The position numbers and the translations under genes are program-made. Shown piece by piece: positions 58,956 to 64,000 of a stretch of 64,000 bases of DNA. Every line of letters begins with the position of its first letter. Positions within the stretch are counted from its first letter, which is position 1. Below the pieces are notes generated by a model. That model made no database searches. It was not told the DNA's origin and saw only the letters and a program-made list of their open reading frames with translations. The stretch is from assembly GCA_965216635.1 (NCBI GenBank), contig OZ244188.1:2208001-2272000 (forward strand). Direction: 5' to 3'. The stretch comes from a bacterium (GTDB lineage Bacteria > SAR324 > XYD2-FULL-50-16 > G965216635).

Positions 58956-61900
58956 ATGTATCTTTCCAAAATTGTTATTTCAGGTTTCAAGTCTTTTTTA
59001 GAAAAAACTATTATAGAATTAGAGCAAGATAAAATTACTGTTATTGTTGGTCCTAATGGTTGTGGCAAAAGCAATATTTTTGATGCTGTGCGGTGGGCTA
59101 TTGGCGAACAAAGTATGAAATCTTTACGCTCCCCTAGTGCAGAAGATATTATTTTTGCCGGGGCGCAAAAGGCAGCAGCAGTCAATCTGGCTCAAGTCCA
59201 GCTTTATTTTCTTAACGACGAAGAAAAAGACTTACCTAAATACGGAAAAATCTCCGAAATCCAAATTTCAAGAAAACTCTTCCGCGACGGCAACAATCAA
59301 TATTCTATCAATCAAAGAAGTTGTAGACTCTTAGATGTCCGAACCCTGTTGATGGATATAGGTTTGAGCTATGCAGGGTATTCTTTTATTGAGCAAGGCA
59401 ATGTCACTCAAATCGTGCAGAGCAAACCAGAAGAAAAAAGAAAGATTATAGAAGAAGCAGCAGGTTTAATGAAGTTTAAAACCCTTAAAAAAGAATCAGA
59501 AAATAAATTAGGGCAAGCTCGACAAAACTTAGAAAGAGTAGAAGATCAAAGATTAGAACTAGAAAAACAGGATAAAAAACTAGCTCGCCAATCCAAACTA
59601 GCTGAAGAATACACATGCGTGCAAGGAAGGTTGAATTTATTAAAAAGACAAATTATAGCTTACCAGTACCAAGAGGCGCAGGGAGCACTCCAAGATGTGA
59701 TGCAGAAAAGACAGCAATTTTCTTTTGACGCTACCAAACAAAAAATCACCACAGTAGAGAGTTTTTTAGAGAATGTAGAAGAACAAGCAGAAAAGAATAT
59801 TCAAAAAGTAAAATCTACTGAAGAATTTTATTTAGAACTAGACAAACAACTACATAAAATTATTACTGAAAAACAGATTAAAGAGCAGCTATTTTTAGAA
59901 TCTGAAACTTGGCTTAGCAAGCAAGAAGAGGAAAAAAAAACTATTGTAGAAAAAATAACAGAAATTCAAGAAGAGTTAAAACAATATCAAAATCTATCCC
60001 AAAAAGAAGAACTGGTTAGTTTAGAAAAAACAAAAAAGGAAGAAAAAGACAAGTTGTTAAAACTACAAGAAATGCTCAAGCCCCTGATTTTTAAAAAAAA
60101 CAAGTTACTCAAATCCTATCAAGAATTAGATAGAATTCTTGCTCAAAAACAAAGTCTTATAGAGTTTCAGATAAAAGAGCTAAAAACTGCAGAGCGAACA
60201 GAAACAGGCGAGCAAAAAAGAAAAGCTGTAGTTGCTGCAGAGCAAGAAAAAAACATTCAAGAACATTTACTCAAAAATCTCAAAGAAAAACAAAAAAAAC
60301 TAGGGCTTATAAAAGAGCAAGAGCATATTGATTTTAAAGAAAAGCAAACTTTGTATGAGAAAAACAAAATCAGTCAAAACAATCTGCAAAATAATTTGCT
60401 AGAATTGAAACAAAAGCTAGCCCACAAAAAAGAGATTTTTGCGTTTGAGGATTCCTTGAAATTGCTCCAAAATTATTTTTCAAATAACTCTGAGCTAGCT
60501 GCTCAAGAAATCGGCTTTATAGGAATTTTAGGAGATTTGGTATCAGTTCAGAAAACTGCACCTCGGGAGACATTTCATTTTTTTGACAGATTTTTTTCTT
60601 GCGTTGTTTTTTCTCATCAAAAAAAACTACTGCAGATTGTAGAAATTTTAGAGAAGCTACAAATTCATTCTTTAGAGATGATTTTTTTAGATTCTTTAAT
60701 ACCTCAATTTCAAAAACCTAGCTCAGAGGATTCTTTCATCACCCAATTACAATTTTCTGGAAAATTACAAAAACAAGAAAACTTAAAAAGTTTTTTTTCT
60801 CCTATCACCAGTTTTAAAACTCTTCCCTTAAAAACAGAAGTAAATCCGTTTTATTCTCCGAATGTATTTTCTAGTTTTCCTAATCTTTTGGAATATAAAA
60901 ACACAAAGAGCTTTACTCAATCAGAAAAGTATTTAGCCCATTTGGGTAGTCTAGCAGCTTACCAAACGCAAATAGACACAACCCAAAAAGAGCTAGATTC
61001 TCTCAATTATGTGATGAAAAAATTGCAAACCGACATACAAACGCAAAAAAAATCTTTAGAAATATTGGAGGTAGAAATCAAACAAAGTCAAGCAGAAATT
61101 TTCTCAGCCAATGAAAAATACTGGCAACTCAAAAACCACTATCTTAATGAGAGTAAAATAGTAGAGCAGCAAAAAAAATTAAAGCAGCAAAGAGAGGCTA
61201 CGCAGAAGCAGCTTTTTCAAGAAGAAAAGGAGACTAGCGAGATGACAAAAAAAAGAGCCAATTTAAAAAAAGAAATTCAACTGTGCGAGACTCAAGAAAA
61301 GGAATGGAAACAAAAAGAGCAAGAGCTTTTGCTTAAAAACAAGGAAGTTCAAGAAAAACTGCATCTTTTTTTACCACAACTAGAATATAGTGAAAAAGCA
61401 AAACAGAGATCGGAGAGTGATTTAAAATTCAATCAAGACTTACTCAAAAGAAAAAATCAACAAATAGAATCCTTTTTAAAAAGTATAGAAGACAAGCAAA
61501 CACAAAAAGAAGCAGCAGAGACAATCAAACAAAAAGAAGAGCAAAAAATGATAGCGAAAAAAACATGGCAGTCGCAAAAAGAAATTTCCAATTCACTAGA
61601 AGAGCAGAAAAAAAAGAAAGAAGAAGAATACCACCTACTCACCAAAAAATTAGCTGAAGAACAAACCGCCTATTATGAGAGTGAAGCTCAAATTTCTCAA
61701 TTTGCAGAAAGAGTCAAAAATTTTGAGGAGCAACTACAAGAGCAGTTTAGTACCACAGCTGATGAGGTTTTAAGAAATTTTGGGGAGCAAAATTTTGATC
61801 TTTCTAACGCCAAAGAAGAAATGCAGAAATTACAAAATAAGATGCCTAGCTTTTCCCAAGTCAATTTGGGGGCAAAGGAAGAATACCAAGAAACTCACGA

Positions 61901-62474
61901 AAAACTTACCTTTTTAAACGAGCAAAAAGAAGATTTACAATCTAGTATTGAATCTATTGCGAGTTCTATTGCTGAAATCAATAAAAACAGTAAAGGCACT
62001 TTTTGGGATATGTATCAAAAAATCGATGAAAATTTTCAAACGCTTTTCGCAATAGTTTTTCAAGGAGGAAATGCCAAACTTGTGCTTACCAATGAAAAAA
62101 ATTTATTAGATACGGGAGTGGAAATTTTTGCTCAGCCTGCGGGGAAAAGAAACCAGCATTTAGGTTTATTCAGTAGTGGTGAGAGGAGTTTAATTGGTCT
62201 TATTTTTATTTTTGCAGTACTTTCTGCCAATCCTAGCGTTTTTTGTTTTTTGGATGAAGTAGATGCCGCTTTGGATATGGTAAATGTCAGTCGTATAGTT
62301 GCTGTAATCCAAGAAGTTTCCAAAACAAATCAAATGGTAATTATTACCCACAACCAAAAAACTATCCTAGCAGGAGATATAGCGATTGGAGTGACTATGC
62401 TCCAAGAAGGCGTTTCTAGAGTTTTTTCTGTGGATATTCAAGAAAAACAAAAAAAAATGGTGCATGTTAGTTGA
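58956..62474 (+). CDS. smc: Chromosome segregation protein SMC
   Basis: GFKSF, GPNGCGKSN, long coiled coils, LDEVDAALD and ITH motifs. Confidence 0.93.
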   Translation: MYLSKIVISGFKSFLEKTIIELEQDKITVIVGPNGCGKSNIFDAVRWAIGEQSMKSLRSPSAEDIIFAGAQKAAAVNLAQVQLYFLNDEEKDLPKYGKISEIQISRKLFRDGNNQYSINQRSCRLLDVRTLLMDIGLSYAGYSFIEQGNVTQIVQSKPEEKRKIIEEAAGLMKFKTLKKESENKLGQARQNLERVEDQRLELEKQDKKLARQSKLAEEYTCVQGRLNLLKRQIIAYQYQEAQGALQDVMQKRQQFSFDATKQKITTVESFLENVEEQAEKNIQKVKSTEEFYLELDKQLHKIITEKQIKEQLFLESETWLSKQEEEKKTIVEKITEIQEELKQYQNLSQKEELVSLEKTKKEEKDKLLKLQEMLKPLIFKKNKLLKSYQELDRILAQKQSLIEFQIKELKTAERTETGEQKRKAVVAAEQEKNIQEHLLKNLKEKQKKLGLIKEQEHIDFKEKQTLYEKNKISQNNLQNNLLELKQKLAHKKEIFAFEDSLKLLQNYFSNNSELAAQEIGFIGILGDLVSVQKTAPRETFHFFDRFFSCVVFSHQKKLLQIVEILEKLQIHSLEMIFLDSLIPQFQKPSSEDSFITQLQFSGKLQKQENLKSFFSPITSFKTLPLKTEVNPFYSPNVFSSFPNLLEYKNTKSFTQSEKYLAHLGSLAAYQTQIDTTQKELDSLNYVMKKLQTDIQTQKKSLEILEVEIKQSQAEIFSANEKYWQLKNHYLNESKIVEQQKKLKQQREATQKQLFQEEKETSEMTKKRANLKKEIQLCETQEKEWKQKEQELLLKNKEVQEKLHLFLPQLEYSEKAKQRSESDLKFNQDLLKRKNQQIESFLKSIEDKQTQKEAAETIKQKEEQKMIAKKTWQSQKEISNSLEEQKKKKEEEYHLLTKKLAEEQTAYYESEAQISQFAERVKNFEEQLQEQFSTTADEVLRNFGEQNFDLSNAKEEMQKLQNKMPSFSQVNLGAKEEYQETHEKLTFLNEQKEDLQSSIESIASSIAEINKNSKGTFWDMYQKIDENFQTLFAIVFQGGNAKLVLTNEKNLLDTGVEIFAQPAGKRNQHLGLFSSGERSLIGLIFIFAVLSANPSVFCFLDEVDAALDMVNVSRIVAVIQEVSKTNQMVIITHNQKTILAGDIAIGVTMLQEGVSRVFSVDIQEKQKKMVHVS

Positions 62475-62507
62475 TTTACCAGTTGATATTTTAAGATTTT
62501 AATATTA

Positions 62508-62741
62508 TAAACCTTTGAAGTAGCGTTATGCGAAGGCTATACTTCTTTTTGCTGTGTAGTTTTCAGTCTGGCTATAGTGAAACCTCCATTGGATGTTTCA
62601 CAACCTAATTTGCATTTAGCAAAAGTGAAGTGGCGGTAGATTGGAATAAGAGAGCCCGTGGCTCTCTTGCTAAAGTCTATATTGGCGTAAAAGCAATAAG
62701 CTTGTTTTGGCTAAACTTTGGTAAGCAAATTTAAAAGTCTA
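62508..62741. mobile_element. MITE-like element (opposite orientation)
   Basis: TAAACCTTTGAAGTAGCGTTATG...GCAATAAGCTTGTTTTGGCTAAAC...GCAAATTTAAAAGTCTA. Confidence 0.8.
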
Positions 62742-62776
62742 TATTAGTTTTTATTTCTAACTAACACTAAATAACT

Positions 62777-63718
62777 ATGAGTTATCAATTTTATAAACCA
62801 GCAAGAGCACGTCTTCAAAGAAGCGAATTAGCAGTACCTGGCTCTTCTCCACAGATGTTTGAAAAAGCACTTCACTCTAATGCAGATTATGTCTTTTTAG
62901 ATTTAGAAGATGCAGTCGCGCCCAATGACAAAGTAGAGGCTCGCGAAAATGTAATCAAAGCCCTGAAAGAAATCAATTGGAGAGAAAAGAAAAAAACTAT
63001 TTGTGTGCGTATTAATGGATTGGATACACATTATATGTATCGTGATCTAGTAGATATTATGGAACAGGTAGGGGATAAACTAGACACAATTTTAGTTCCA
63101 AAAGTAGGCACAAAATGCGATGTTTACCTAGTAGATTGTTTGCTAACTCAAATTGAAGATAGCAAAAAATTAAAAAATAGAGTAGGAATTGAATGTCTTA
63201 TAGAGACGACTTTGGGAATGTCTAATATCAAGGAAATAGCAAAATCTAGTGAACGTTTAGAAGCACTGCATTTTGGGGTTGCAGACTATGCTGCAAGTTT
63301 AAGAGCTAGAACTGTTGTAATCGGTGGACTCAATTCAGACTACCCTGGTGATCAGTGGCATCATGGATTATCTGAACTGGTGATGACCTGTAGAGCCTAT
63401 GGATTGAGAGCTATTGATGGTCCGTTCGGAGATATCAAAGACGCTGATGCTTATATAGCGTCTGCGAAAAGAGCGGCTGCTATCGGGATAGAAGGAAAAT
63501 GGGCTATCCATCCTTCACAAATAGATCTTGCAAATCAAGTTTTTTCTCCACCATCAGCTGAAGTTCATAAAGCCCAAAGAATTTTAGAAGAATTAAGCAA
63601 AGCCGCAAAGGAAGGCAAAGGTGCAGCGCAACTGGATGGTAGATTGATTGATGCTGCTTCAGCTCGGATGGCAGAAAATGTGGTTAAGGTAGACAAACAA
63701 ATTCAAAGGTCTAAATAA
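62777..63718 (+). CDS. mcl: Malyl-CoA lyase
   Basis: [39 protein letters not shown] and GKWAIHPSQ, as recalled for methylotroph MclA. Confidence 0.88.
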   Translation: MSYQFYKPARARLQRSELAVPGSSPQMFEKALHSNADYVFLDLEDAVAPNDKVEARENVIKALKEINWREKKKTICVRINGLDTHYMYRDLVDIMEQVGDKLDTILVPKVGTKCDVYLVDCLLTQIEDSKKLKNRVGIECLIETTLGMSNIKEIAKSSERLEALHFGVADYAASLRARTVVIGGLNSDYPGDQWHHGLSELVMTCRAYGLRAIDGPFGDIKDADAYIASAKRAAAIGIEGKWAIHPSQIDLANQVFSPPSAEVHKAQRILEELSKAAKEGKGAAQLDGRLIDAASARMAENVVKVDKQIQRSK

Positions 63719-63720
63719 TA

Positions 63721-64000
63721 ATGGATATACACGAGTACCAAGCAAAAAAAATACTTTCCGATTTTGGAATTCATATTCCGCGCGGCGGTATTGCCTATAG
63801 CCCTGAAAATGCAGAATACAAAGCTCGCGAAATCGGAGGTTCTAAATGGGTAGTCAAAGCTCAAATCCATTCTGGGGCTAGAGGTAAAGCTGGAGGGGTT
63901 ATAGTTTGTAACGATGAACTAGAAGTAGCTCAAGCCACTGATAAACTGCTAGGCAAAAGACTGGTAACCAACCAAACAGGACCTAAGGGAAAAATTGTCA
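63721..64000 (+). CDS. mtkA: Malate-CoA ligase beta subunit (SucC-like), truncated by window edge
   Basis: Manual translation [31 protein letters not shown]...[16 protein letters not shown]; directly follows mcl. Confidence 0.8.
   Translation, partial: MDIHEYQAKKILSDFGIHIPRGGIAYSPENAEYKAREIGGSKWVVKAQIHSGARGKAGGVIVCNDELEVAQATDKLLGKRLVTNQTGPKGKIV

Noticed and set aside
1..64000. tRNA, rRNA, prophage or autonomous IS
   Set aside because: No recognisable RNA-gene sequence, phage structural gene or transposase ORF was seen by eye

Overview
AT-rich bacterial chromosomal window; by inference a Gram-negative, probably host-associated lineage with deltaproteobacterial/SAR324-like gene content. No rRNA, tRNA, CRISPR, transposase, integrase or reverse transcriptase was seen. 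Housekeeping content: upp, FabMG-like enoyl-ACP reductase, lipA, TRAP transporter, leuC/leuD, ung, Sul-like folP, hemC, TroABCD-like metal ABC transporter, glmS, rodZ, degP, nirK plus a caa3-type oxidase cluster, smc and mcl-mtkA. Overlaid on it is a repeat-rich accessory layer. (1) Five paralogous predicted 8-stranded outer-membrane barrels with two hugely expanded hypervariable loops and an invariant Cys pair enclosing 24-72 variable residues, accompanied by 5' VNTRs and 3' REP-like hairpins; this is the best candidate for an undescribed surface-variation system. (2) Five near-identical membrane-anchored coiled-coil genes with 3/5/7/6/8 copies of an 11-aa module, inserted between leuC and leuD. 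(3) A type II R-M locus whose endonuclease gene is bracketed by direct repeats built from a 71-bp promoter-containing unit. (4) A ParB-like + nuclease + AluI-like C5 methyltransferase island. (5) At least 11 copies of a MITE-like palindromic family with shared ends, mosaic interiors and covarying hairpins. All functional calls come from motif recognition and recalled family sequences; no searches were run.
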